A DNA stretch of 31,192 bases. It comes from a bacterium. GTDB lineage: Bacteria > SM23-31. The stretch is taken from positions 1 to 31,192 of the forward strand of contig CBDFMG010000002.1 in NCBI GenBank assembly GCA_965249485.1, written 5' to 3'. Position numbers and translations under genes: made by a program. Positions 17,598-27,461 of this stretch are shown here, piece after piece (the stretch's first letter is position 1; the number at the start of each line of letters is the position of its first letter). Under the pieces are notes generated by a model. It did no database searches. It was not told the origin of the DNA and saw nothing but the letters and a program-made list of their open reading frames with translations.

Positions 17598-18593
17598 ATG
17601 GGGAAAAGGGGGAGACGTACTATCAAAGAGACGCCCAAAGAGATAACTCAAAGCTACCTGGTAACTTCGGCAAGGTATGATTTTTCCGTTTTTGAAAAGC
17701 GCATTTTGTACCGTATTGTCGAGCTCATCCAGGCTGAACTAAAAGGCCAGCCTATTGGGCAGGGGATCACCATCCAGCCCAACTTGTTTGACGACAGGGA
17801 TATAACAATGCCTGTTTCAAGGTTTCTGCGGGATGGAGAAGTAGACAAAAATCACTACCAGGTAAAGAAAGCCTTTACGGCACTGCAGAAAAAACTCATC
17901 CAGAAAGAGGATGAAAAAAGGTGGATAAGCTATCAGGTTATCGGTACAACTGAAATACAAAAATGGGATGATACAGTGACCTTCAGAATTGATAAAAACC
18001 TGTATGAGGACCTGTTGGACTTCTCCAGGGGATATACGCAATATGAGCTGCAAGTAGCCTTCAATTTCCGCAGTCAGTACACCATGCGCTTTTACGAGCT
18101 GCTCAGTAAAAACAAAATGCATTCCATCACCTACAGCCTGGACCAGCTCCGTCAAATGTTCATGTTGGAAGGTAGATATGCTCTGACAAAAGATTTCATT
18201 AAAAAAGTAATTGACCCTGCCCAAAAAGAACTGGAGAAAAGCAAGGCTCCTTACTGGTTCACCTACGAACCGGTCAAGACCGGAAGAAGGTTCACGCACA
18301 TAAAATTCAGGGTCCATTATCGCCCCGAATTTGACGGGGGTGTGAAGAAAAAAACATCTGTCCGGTGGGAGGTTTCAGGAGAGTTCCTGGATATTCTGAA
18401 CCGCGCCCTGGACACCGATAATCAAACCTGGAAACCCCATCGTGAATTGCTTGCGAAAGCGGAAAAAATAGAACCCGGCGAAATTCAGAAAATTTTGCAC
18501 AAAGCCCCGCAAGCCAGAAACCCTGTCGGATATGTCATAGGTGCCTTCAAAAGACAGGTGCAGGCAAAAGGGACAGGGCAAGAGTCATTATGA
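17598..18593 (+). CDS. repB: Rep_3/RepB-family replication initiator 2 (intact)
   Basis: ITQSYLVTSARYDFSVFEKRIL, FRSQYTMRFYELL, VIDPAQKEL, KTGRRFTHIKF motifs. Confidence 0.93.
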   Translation: MGKRGRRTIKETPKEITQSYLVTSARYDFSVFEKRILYRIVELIQAELKGQPIGQGITIQPNLFDDRDITMPVSRFLRDGEVDKNHYQVKKAFTALQKKLIQKEDEKRWISYQVIGTTEIQKWDDTVTFRIDKNLYEDLLDFSRGYTQYELQVAFNFRSQYTMRFYELLSKNKMHSITYSLDQLRQMFMLEGRYALTKDFIKKVIDPAQKELEKSKAPYWFTYEPVKTGRRFTHIKFRVHYRPEFDGGVKKKTSVRWEVSGEFLDILNRALDTDNQTWKPHRELLAKAEKIEPGEIQKILHKAPQARNPVGYVIGAFKRQVQAKGTGQESL

Positions 18594-20503
18594 ATAAAAA
18601 GAGCCTTTCCGTATTCCTGTCAGTGGCCCTGGTTGGCCCCGGGGAACCCCCTGCCATCCCGGTAGAATACAGAGGAAGCTCCCTGGCAAAAACCCTCACC
18701 CTGAAGCAAACAACCGAACAACATCAAACCGACGAAATTATTCCCGATGTGGATTCCACACTGATTCCATCTCTTGTTGGCGGATGTGGTGTAAACTGGA
18801 ATGAAAACCTCGGGGCGACCGATTTTCCCGATGTGCGCGCCTGGGCCCCTTACGATCTTGATCCGGGGAGTCACGGGGCTTATTATTACGACGAGAGATT
18901 CAAGCCAGAGTTCTGCTCGCTGGACAGCAACCTGACAGGCCGCGATATCGGATTAAAGTATGCTTTTGAGAGAAAGTACTACGGCAACAAGGTTGTAGCC
19001 ATTGTCGATAGCGGGCTGGGGCAGAGCTTTGAATACCGGGAACGAGATGATGGTGAATTAGGTGAATTAGTGATCAGGTATCATCGGGATCTGGACGGCC
19101 GCCGGTGGGAAAACAGGGATGAGGTATATGGTAACGGAATAGATGATGATAATAACGGTTATGTCGATGACCGCTACGGATATGATTTCTATTATGACAC
19201 CGGCGATACCACCTCGATAAGATCGCCTTATACCACCCGTCATGGCATGAACATGGGCCGGGTGGTAGCAGGCAATATCAATGATACAAGCTGGATCAAT
19301 TACCGGTTTGAGCCCAGAGATCGCCCCTGGCCAATGATTTCAGCACTGGGCGTCTGTCCCGAGTGCAAGTTGATGGATGTCAAAGTATGGGGCGAGGGAG
19401 ATGAAAGGAATTATTCCAAAAATGTGACGGGTGAGGCGATCCGCTATGCGGTGGACAACGGGGCCGACGTTATCCTGCTGGCCCAGGGGTTTAATGGAAT
19501 TACGCTGCCGAGTCGATACCAGATGGACGGGAGCTACACCACCGATTTGATTGATGAGTACTTTAGATTGTGGTATGAACCGGAGCTGCCCGAGGCCTTA
19601 CAATACGCCTGGGAGGGGGGCGTGCTGGTGGTAGGAGCGGCAGGAAACAAAAATCAGGGAACCCAAACAAGCCTGGAAAAAGCCCATTACAATACGGTGA
19701 CCAATCATCCGGCCGTGATCCAGGTCGGGGCGCTTTTGCCGGGGCTTTTGTCGCACTTCCATGACATCTCATACGATGGGCACAGCCTTGATATTGTTGT
19801 TCCCGGGTGGCTCTTCTACGGCAATCTGTACAGTGCCGGTACTTCCAACTCGGCCGCCCTGGCAGCAGGGATGATCGCAAATTTCTGGTCGGAGCACCCC
19901 GGCCTCAGCCACTACCAGGTCAAAAAGAGAGTTATCGAAACGGCCCGCGACATGGTCTTTGATCTGAAGGCAGACAGCATCTTTTGGCGCATAGGAGGGG
20001 GGGGAATACAGAGAATCCGCAACCTGGACCGGAAAGTACTGGGTTTTCGGAGATTGTGGAATGATGTCCCGGGCAGAGACGATTACTACGGATATGGCAT
20101 GCTCCATTTCGAGGACCTGTACGAGGACCGCAGGCACAGGGAAGTGGAGATCGACCCTCTAACCGGCAGTGTGGATGGGTACCAGGCCCCGACCGAGGGG
20201 AAGCTTTCCGACTACCCCCAGGATTTTATTGACTGGTACAACGAGGTACTGGTAACGGGCATCGAAGAGCCGACACAGGCCACGATCAGGATTTACCCCA
20301 ACCCTGCCAGGGATATTCTCAATGTGAGTGGAGAAAGTGGCGCACAATATGTAATTTTCAACACTGCTGGAAAAAAAGTAATGCAGGGAGCCCTTGGGGA
20401 CCGGATTGATGTGAGGGGGCTGGGAAGCGGGATGTACCTTTTGCATATTCATGATACCAGATCATCTGGCAAATTATGGAGCGGACGATTCATCAAAAAC
20501 TGA
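18590..20503 (+). CDS. S8 subtilisin-like serine peptidase with T9SS type A C-terminal sorting domain
   Basis: Catalytic D (IVDSG), H (HGMNM), oxyanion N (AAGN), S (GTSNSA); NGIDDDNNGYVDD insert; IYPNPA...GSGMYLL tail. Confidence 0.92.
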   Translation: MNKKSLSVFLSVALVGPGEPPAIPVEYRGSSLAKTLTLKQTTEQHQTDEIIPDVDSTLIPSLVGGCGVNWNENLGATDFPDVRAWAPYDLDPGSHGAYYYDERFKPEFCSLDSNLTGRDIGLKYAFERKYYGNKVVAIVDSGLGQSFEYRERDDGELGELVIRYHRDLDGRRWENRDEVYGNGIDDDNNGYVDDRYGYDFYYDTGDTTSIRSPYTTRHGMNMGRVVAGNINDTSWINYRFEPRDRPWPMISALGVCPECKLMDVKVWGEGDERNYSKNVTGEAIRYAVDNGADVILLAQGFNGITLPSRYQMDGSYTTDLIDEYFRLWYEPELPEALQYAWEGGVLVVGAAGNKNQGTQTSLEKAHYNTVTNHPAVIQVGALLPGLLSHFHDISYDGHSLDIVVPGWLFYGNLYSAGTSNSAALAAGMIANFWSEHPGLSHYQVKKRVIETARDMVFDLKADSIFWRIGGGGIQRIRNLDRKVLGFRRLWNDVPGRDDYYGYGMLHFEDLYEDRRHREVEIDPLTGSVDGYQAPTEGKLSDYPQDFIDWYNEVLVTGIEEPTQATIRIYPNPARDILNVSGESGAQYVIFNTAGKKVMQGALGDRIDVRGLGSGMYLLHIHDTRSSGKLWSGRFIKN

Positions 20504-23500
20504 TAGCGGTTTTCATTCTGCTGCTGGCAGGAATTTCCCGGTTGCAGGGTCAAATCCAGAGCTGTGGATCACCCCTGGAGCCGGACTTTGTATTCAATAG
20601 CCCGTCGGGGGTGATTGAAAACAGTGCCTGGATTGATCTGGATGATTACGTGTCGGTCACAGAAACCTCACACCCCGTTGACTACGGGGTGTGTGCAAGC
20701 TCGACGGTGAGCACAATGTCAAGCTGGTCGATCACGATAGGCAGTGCCAGTGCCGACCTGGAGGCTTTCACGGTGAACAACTCCGAAGGGCGCATCTATT
20801 TCCCGACCACGCCAAGCACAGAACAGATCACCCTTGTCATCAGCTCAACGATCACAAAGACGTTCACTGTCAAAAACAACCGGGTATGTACCGTGTATGA
20901 CCCGGGGACCGGGACCTCCGAGGTGCGCTGTATCACATCGAACACGAATGTGACCCTGGATGCAATTGCAAAATCACAGACCAACAACTCGGTTGCCATA
21001 ACATTGAAGGAAAGTAAAACCCTGACCCCGGGGTCAGATTATACGTTTCCATCGACCGTTTGTGATGGTGACGGAATCACCGTAGAGATAACCTCTCCCC
21101 GGTCAGGCTCTACCTACCGCCTGCGCCCTTCGAGTAATACAAGTTCTATAGTAGCCAGTGAAACGGGTGGAGATGTTGTACTGGACGCGACCCAGCTGGG
21201 TCAGTTGTGGAATGCGGATGATGAGGAATACCGGTTCATTGTCACAGAAAAAAGAGACTATGAGTATGAGACAATTGATAATTCGGACTCATATCAAGCG
21301 TGGATCACAGAAGAAGACCCTTCGATCTCACAGATCACAGGCGAAAGCCATATATGTCCCGGCTCTTACAGTCAGACCTATTCGGTCCAGGCCGGTAACG
21401 ACGGTTACGACTGGAAGTGCACCAATTGCAGTCTGGATTCTGACGATGGAAGCCGCACGATGACCGTAACCTGGGACAAGAGCAAATCCAGCGGAAAGAT
21501 CGAGGTAAGGGCGTATGAGACTTCTGAAAACGGAACCAGTTGTTACACCGGATGGGAGGATGTGGATGTGGATATAAAAAGTTATTCGACCTGGACTGTC
21601 GGTGGCGATGACCAGGTGTGTAACGGAGCAACGGGAAGCGTAACCCTGTCAGGTTCGACGGGCGCGAAAACCTACCGGCTGTACAAGGGGGATACCAACC
21701 ATGACCAGGACAAAACAGGAACCGGCGGAGCCCTGGCCTGGTCAGGGCTGGCCACAGGCAGCAGCTGGACCGTGAAGCTGGTTCACAGCTCTGAATGCGG
21801 CGAATATTCAATGGGTACCCACACGATCGGTGAGCGGGCAAAGAGTGCTGCACCAACCTCGATCAGTGGAACGGCCCAGATATGTGCCGGGTCAGGGGTG
21901 GCACTGACCGCCGCAACCGCCAATACAAATACAGGCTGGGACTGGCAGTTTTATACAGGCTCCTGGAGTAGTAGCATTTCCGACCAGGATAACAATACGC
22001 TGAGCCACTCGGCGGTCCCGGGCACAACAAAATACCGGGCAAGGTATCTGGATCAGAACAGTTGTGAGAGCAGCTGGAAGGAATACACCGTGCACATTGA
22101 AAGCATCCCGGCAGCACCAACTATTTCCGGGCTCTTCACAAATATCTGCGTGGATGATGAAGAACAGACTTATGCAATCTCTGGAACGGCAGACAGCTTT
22201 GAGTGGGAAGCCACAGGCGGGGTACCTTCGTCAGGAACAGGGGATGCCACGATCACCTGGGACAAGACAAAATCGTCCTGGTCGATCAAGGCCAGGAGCA
22301 TCAACACTCAGGGGGCAGCCTTGTGTCCCGGCCCATGGACGACGCAAGTGGTGACTCTCAGAAAAGATGTGGATTTCTACACGGTCGGTGGCGATGACTT
22401 TGTGTGTGATGGTGAAACCGGAGAGATAACACTGGATGATAGCCAGACGGAATTTACCTACTATTTATTCATTTCAGATACCCAGGTGCCAGCATCAGCA
22501 AATGCGGGAAGCGGTGAGGCATTGAGCTGGACCGGGGTTGCTCCGGGAACCTACCAGGTGAGGGTTCATCATGGAGCAACTTGCGGGTATTATTCAATGG
22601 GCACGCACACAATCAGTGAGCGGGCAAAGAGCACTGCACCAACCTCGATCACAGGGACGGCACAAATTTGTGCCGGGTCCCAGGTGACACTGACTGCCGC
22701 AACCGGCAATACAAATACAGACTGGGACTGGCAGTCCTCGGATGGCTCGTCGTGGAGTAGTAGCATATCCGGCCAGGATGACAATACCCTGAGCCACTCG
22801 GCGGTCCCGGGGACAACAAAGTACCGGGCCCGCTATCTGGATCAGAACAGTTGTGAGAGCAGCTGGAAGGAATACACCGTGCACATAGAAAGCATCCCGG
22901 CAGCACCAACTATTTCGGGGCTGTTTGCAGACATCTGCGTGGACGATGAAGAACAGACTTATGCGATCTCGGGAACAGCGGACAGCTACGAGTGGGAGGC
23001 TACGGGCGGGGTGCCAGCCTCAGGAACCGGTAATGCCACGATCACCTGGGACAAGACAGAATCGTCCTGGTCAGTCAGGGCCAGGGGCATCAACACCGAG
23101 GGTGATGCAACTTGTCCCGGCCCATGGACGACGCAAGTGGTGACTCTCAGAAAAGATGTGGATTTCTACACGGTCGGTGGCGATGACTTTGTGTGTGATG
23201 GTGAAACCGGAGAGATAACACTGGATGATAGCCAGACGGAATTTACCTACTATTTATTCATTTCAGATACCCAGGTGCCAGCATCAGCAAATGCGGGAAG
23301 CGGTGAGGCATTGAGCTGGACCGGGGTTGCTCCGGGAACCTACCAGGTGAGGGTTCACCATGGAGCAACCTGCGGGTATTATTCAATGGGATCGCACACG
23401 ATCGGTGAGCGGGCAAAGAGCGCAGCACCGACCTCGATCAGTGGAACGGCCCAGGTATGTGCCGGGTCCCAGGTGGCACTGACGGCCGCAACCGGCAATG

Positions 23501-25776
23501 CAAGTACGGACTGGGACTGGCAGTTTTATACAGGCTCATGGAGTAGCAGCATTTCCGGCCAGGATGACAATACCCTGAGTCACTCGGCGGTCCTGGGGAC
23601 AACGAAGTACCGGGCCCGCTATCTGGATCAGAACAGTTGTGAAAGCAGCTGGAAAGAATATGCGGTGCATATTGAAAGCATCCCGGCAGCACCAACTATT
23701 TCGGGGCTCTTCACAGACATCTGCGTGGGCGATGAAGAACAGACTTATGCGATCTCGGGAACGGCTGACAGCTACGAGTGGGAAGCCACGGGCGGGGTGC
23801 CAGTCTCAGGGACCGGGGATGCAACGATCACCTGGGACAAAACAAAGTCCGACTGGTCAATCAGGGCCAGGGGTATCAACACTCAGGGGGCAACCTTGTG
23901 TCCTGGCCCCTGGACGACAGAGAATGTGATCCTGAGGAAGGATGTGAATTTCTACACGGTCGGCGGCGATGATTTCGTGTGCAATGGAGAGACGGGGGAG
24001 ATCAGACTCGATGATAGCCAGGCGGATTACAACTATTTCCTGTTCGACGCAGATGTCCAGGTGGCTGGCAGTTCGAATGCCGGCTACGGAGGCGCACTCT
24101 CCTGGAGTGGTATTTTGCCCGGCATTGAATATGAAATCAGGGCGTACCATCCGCAGTGTGGATGGTATTCAATGGGTTTTCATACCATCACCGAAAGGAC
24201 TATACCGGCTGCGCCGAACATAACAGGGATTACCGACATTTGTATTGACAGTGATATCACTCTGGTGGCTTCTACTTCCAATGCCTCCACTTCATGGGTA
24301 TGGAGCAAAAAGGAGCAGGACACCTGGGCGGTAATCCCTGGAGAGGAGTCAGCTGATTTGGTTCACACAATCAATGGAGATGTTACAGCTTTCAAGGCGG
24401 TTTATATTGACCAGGATGGCTGTCTCAGTGCTGAAAAAGTAATAGCAATCAATCCGGTTCTCAGCCCAGCAGAGCCAACAATTTCAGGAGAAACCGATAT
24501 CTGCGTTTCAGACCATATTCAGCAATACACCGTCAGCGGCGATGCCGATGATTTTGAGTGGGCCGTGGTAGGTGGTTCACTGGACAGGCTGGCCGGCAGG
24601 GCGGTAACAGTGAGCTGGGATGAAAGCAAATCTTCGGGATGGAAAGTTCAGGCCAGGGGAATCAACAGGGGCGGGGCGGCCTTGTGTCGGGGCGCATATC
24701 AGACATATGAGGTGAGGGTCAGTCCACCCGGCGAATTGACAATTGATGAGGTGGAATTTTGCCCCGAATCCCGCGAAGTCAATCTGTTTGATCAGGTCGA
24801 CGACACACACGGCAGCTGGTCGGGCAGCGGGCTGTTCAACCACAGCTTTGTGAATCCAGAAAGCCTGGGAGAAGGCGATCATTATTTCACCTATACTACC
24901 CTGCCTGATGGCGGCTGCCAGGAAAGTGGTGAGATGAAATTTACCGTTTATCAGAAACCCCAAGAACCCATGCTGGCAGAAATCTATAACGTTTGTCCTG
25001 GTGAACAGCGGACCATTGAAGTGGGTAACGCCATTGATGGTCTGTCCTATGACTGGTATTATGCTTCGAATGATGAGTGGTTTGCCCAGGGCAGACGGGC
25101 AGATATTGATACCGACCTCGATTTTGATTTCTACGTCGTAGCGACCAACCAGGTCCGCTGTTCAGCTGCCGCCGCTTCAGGTGTGCGCGCTCATGGTATC
25201 AGCGGAACGATCTCGTCTTCTCCGGGTGTTCAGATCCAATCCGGGGAAGCGGTGAAGTTTCAAACAACGGCTGTCGGCAACAGCTACTATTGGGAATTCA
25301 CCGGGGATTACAGAAGCGATCTGGCCAGTCCGATCATGGTGTTTCATCTTGCCGATACCATCGACGTTTCACTCACAGTGGTCAACCAGTTCGGTTGTGA
25401 GAGGGTTTTCGAATATGAGGACTTCCTGATCGTTGATGATGTCAAGGGTGTCTATGGCAATAGTGTCGAAGATGTTCGTTCCTCTCTTCGGGAGCGGGTG
25501 GTTATCGAGGAGAATGGCACGACCATGAAATTCTATCCCAATCCGACTCCCGGAACAATCCTGAACATTGAATTCACCTCGATTTTCGCCGAAACCATAT
25601 CCATTAAAATCTATGATTTGAACCTGAATCTGCTTGGCTTCCAGCAGTTCCATGTGGCCGAGGGACAAAACAATCTCCAGATTGATGTAAGCCGGGTCAA
25701 ACCGGGTCTCTACCTTGTCTGGATCGTGGGCCGGCAATGGAATGTGCCTATGCTGTTTGTCGGTAGCAAACAGTGA
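20476..25776 (+). CDS. 1766-aa T9SS-secreted surface protein with tandem Ig/PKD-like repeats (putative adhesin)
   Basis: Signal peptide; Ser/Thr/Gly/Trp/Cys-rich beta repeats; PKD-like SYYWEF..VSLTVVNQFGC; FYPNP...KPGLYLV tail. Confidence 0.88.
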   Translation: MERTIHQKLIAVFILLLAGISRLQGQIQSCGSPLEPDFVFNSPSGVIENSAWIDLDDYVSVTETSHPVDYGVCASSTVSTMSSWSITIGSASADLEAFTVNNSEGRIYFPTTPSTEQITLVISSTITKTFTVKNNRVCTVYDPGTGTSEVRCITSNTNVTLDAIAKSQTNNSVAITLKESKTLTPGSDYTFPSTVCDGDGITVEITSPRSGSTYRLRPSSNTSSIVASETGGDVVLDATQLGQLWNADDEEYRFIVTEKRDYEYETIDNSDSYQAWITEEDPSISQITGESHICPGSYSQTYSVQAGNDGYDWKCTNCSLDSDDGSRTMTVTWDKSKSSGKIEVRAYETSENGTSCYTGWEDVDVDIKSYSTWTVGGDDQVCNGATGSVTLSGSTGAKTYRLYKGDTNHDQDKTGTGGALAWSGLATGSSWTVKLVHSSECGEYSMGTHTIGERAKSAAPTSISGTAQICAGSGVALTAATANTNTGWDWQFYTGSWSSSISDQDNNTLSHSAVPGTTKYRARYLDQNSCESSWKEYTVHIESIPAAPTISGLFTNICVDDEEQTYAISGTADSFEWEATGGVPSSGTGDATITWDKTKSSWSIKARSINTQGAALCPGPWTTQVVTLRKDVDFYTVGGDDFVCDGETGEITLDDSQTEFTYYLFISDTQVPASANAGSGEALSWTGVAPGTYQVRVHHGATCGYYSMGTHTISERAKSTAPTSITGTAQICAGSQVTLTAATGNTNTDWDWQSSDGSSWSSSISGQDDNTLSHSAVPGTTKYRARYLDQNSCESSWKEYTVHIESIPAAPTISGLFADICVDDEEQTYAISGTADSYEWEATGGVPASGTGNATITWDKTESSWSVRARGINTEGDATCPGPWTTQVVTLRKDVDFYTVGGDDFVCDGETGEITLDDSQTEFTYYLFISDTQVPASANAGSGEALSWTGVAPGTYQVRVHHGATCGYYSMGSHTIGERAKSAAPTSISGTAQVCAGSQVALTAATGNASTDWDWQFYTGSWSSSISGQDDNTLSHSAVLGTTKYRARYLDQNSCESSWKEYAVHIESIPAAPTISGLFTDICVGDEEQTYAISGTADSYEWEATGGVPVSGTGDATITWDKTKSDWSIRARGINTQGATLCPGPWTTENVILRKDVNFYTVGGDDFVCNGETGEIRLDDSQADYNYFLFDADVQVAGSSNAGYGGALSWSGILPGIEYEIRAYHPQCGWYSMGFHTITERTIPAAPNITGITDICIDSDITLVASTSNASTSWVWSKKEQDTWAVIPGEESADLVHTINGDVTAFKAVYIDQDGCLSAEKVIAINPVLSPAEPTISGETDICVSDHIQQYTVSGDADDFEWAVVGGSLDRLAGRAVTVSWDESKSSGWKVQARGINRGGAALCRGAYQTYEVRVSPPGELTIDEVEFCPESREVNLFDQVDDTHGSWSGSGLFNHSFVNPESLGEGDHYFTYTTLPDGGCQESGEMKFTVYQKPQEPMLAEIYNVCPGEQRTIEVGNAIDGLSYDWYYASNDEWFAQGRRADIDTDLDFDFYVVATNQVRCSAAAASGVRAHGISGTISSSPGVQIQSGEAVKFQTTAVGNSYYWEFTGDYRSDLASPIMVFHLADTIDVSLTVVNQFGCERVFEYEDFLIVDDVKGVYGNSVEDVRSSLRERVVIEENGTTMKFYPNPTPGTILNIEFTSIFAETISIKIYDLNLNLLGFQQFHVAEGQNNLQIDVSRVKPGLYLVWIVGRQWNVPMLFVGSKQ
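21595..24720 (+). repeat. Four tandem ~786-789-bp (262-263 aa) intragenic units
   Basis: The GG(T/C)GGCGAT anchor recurs at 21601, 22387, 23176 and 23962. Confidence 0.85.
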
Positions 25777-26510
25777 GCCCGGCCCTCATGCGAAAGATAC
25801 TCTTGTGTATGCTGGCCACCGCCGCCATGATGACCCTCAGCGCTTGTGACAGGGATCAGGAATATATCGAAGGGCTGAACACCGCACCACAGATAACCTT
25901 GCACACCGGCTTTGAAAGCGGTGTTCAGATAGAGGATTCCATCAAGGTCAGTAGTAAAATCACTTTGTTCTGGTTTTCGGTTGGCATCAAGATCGAGGAT
26001 ATCAATTCAAACATTAAAATGGTAAGAATGGACACGGTGCAAAGCGGGCCTTTGCTGTTGGTTCAATCCGACAGTATTCTGGTGGATTTGCAATTGGTTG
26101 ACCCTGACAGCAAGCAAGATTCTATCGTGATGAAAGTGGCTATTCTTGCCCCCGGCACACATACGGTGAAGTTCACCATCATTGACAGTTTTTCAAGGAG
26201 GGATTCGGCAACCCTGGAGTTGCAGGCATTTGAAAACCTGTTGCCTGTGGTTGAATACCGGGTGAAACCCAGCCCCTTGAGCGATCATATTCGTATCATT
26301 GATTTGTCAGATTCCTATGACCGGGACAGTCGCCATGGCGGGGGGATCGTGCTGTACAATTTTCACTTGGATGGCAAAGAACTCACCAGTACAGAAAGCG
26401 GACTGGCTTATGCTTTTCCCACGCGGGGCACTTACATTGCGGTGGTTTTTGTTACCGACAACAACCTTGAAAATTCAGTTGAAAAGAGCTTTTCGATTAC
26501 GATTGCCTGA
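25773..26510 (+). CDS. Lipoprotein with C-terminal PKD-like domain
   Basis: Lipobox LSAC; IDLSDSYDRD, YAFPTRGTYIAVVFVTDN. Confidence 0.75.
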   Translation: MSPALMRKILLCMLATAAMMTLSACDRDQEYIEGLNTAPQITLHTGFESGVQIEDSIKVSSKITLFWFSVGIKIEDINSNIKMVRMDTVQSGPLLLVQSDSILVDLQLVDPDSKQDSIVMKVAILAPGTHTVKFTIIDSFSRRDSATLELQAFENLLPVVEYRVKPSPLSDHIRIIDLSDSYDRDSRHGGGIVLYNFHLDGKELTSTESGLAYAFPTRGTYIAVVFVTDNNLENSVEKSFSITIA

Positions 26511-26550
26511 AGCCTGCGGGCCCCTGTGGTGTCTTGTGAAAATCACAAGG

Positions 26551-27081
26551 ATGATTTTATCATTTTGCCTGGTTTTGTTTGCTTTCACTGTCAGTGAAGT
26601 TCACTCCCAGGAGGTCCAGGGTGAAAAGATGATTGGCGCGGGTTATTTTCTTCAAAGTTCCGGCTTCGGTTTCCGAATTGATTTCACCTATTCATTGTCT
26701 CCTCGTCTTTTTGTGGAAACCGCGGCGGGCTTTCACCGGCAAGAATACAAGGGGGTTCGAATTGAAAGAATCCCCCTCAGGTTTGGGGCAAAGTTCAGGC
26801 TGCTGGATTTTTTTGACGGCAAGCTGGTGTTTTTTCTGGGCGCTGCCGCGGTGGTGAAAAAACAGACGATCTCCGGTATCATACCCTCACGTGATCCCCA
26901 ACGTTTGATTTACGGAGCAGGTCCGGTGGGAGAAATGGCATTGAATCTCGGCAAAGGAACGAGTTTGAATTTTCGCCTTGAACAAAACATCATATTGAAT
27001 GAGAAGGTCCGCCGTCAGGATGACAGCACAGAAATTCTCATGATCTTCTATTGTGGTATGGTGGTGAGAAAATCGTTCTGA
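26551..27081 (+). CDS. Outer-membrane beta-barrel, TraO-like (start uncertain; track start 26299)
   Basis: Signal peptide, alternating amphipathic strands, C-terminal Phe, ~176 aa. Confidence 0.6.
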   Translation: MILSFCLVLFAFTVSEVHSQEVQGEKMIGAGYFLQSSGFGFRIDFTYSLSPRLFVETAAGFHRQEYKGVRIERIPLRFGAKFRLLDFFDGKLVFFLGAAAVVKKQTISGIIPSRDPQRLIYGAGPVGEMALNLGKGTSLNFRLEQNIILNEKVRRQDDSTEILMIFYCGMVVRKSF

Positions 27082-27264
27082 CCAAAAGGTGAAGGGGGGG
27101 GACTAGGCCCCCAGTTTAATGGCAAGATGGAGATTGAAAAAATCGGAGGTAGTCCGTAGGAAACCGAAACAGGGTGGTTTTTTCAATTCTATCTTGGTGT
27201 GTTGGATCCAGGAGGGCTTCCAGTGTCAGGAAGAAAACCGAACTTTACTGGTATGATTGAGTGG

Positions 27265-27456
27265 TTACGGCATGACCACCGGGGGCTTGTTTTTCTCAGA
27301 AAATTTTAAGCCGCCAACGCCCAACAGGGCATAAACAGGAACCACAATCGCTTGTACGTTTTCCATTATCCTGAGTCTGCGACCTGATTCCTGGTGCAAC
27401 TGAATCAGCTCAGCGATCAATTCATCATGTTGCCTGACTTTTTGTTCAATTTTCAT
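27265..27456 (-). CDS. Small hypothetical coiled-coil protein downstream of traM
   Basis: MKIEQKVRQHDELIAELIQLHQE heptad pattern; starts 5 bp after the traM stop. Confidence 0.35.
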   Translation of the reverse strand: MKIEQKVRQHDELIAELIQLHQESGRRLRIMENVQAIVVPVYALLGVGGLKFSEKNKPPVVMP

Positions 27457-27461
27457 ACATT

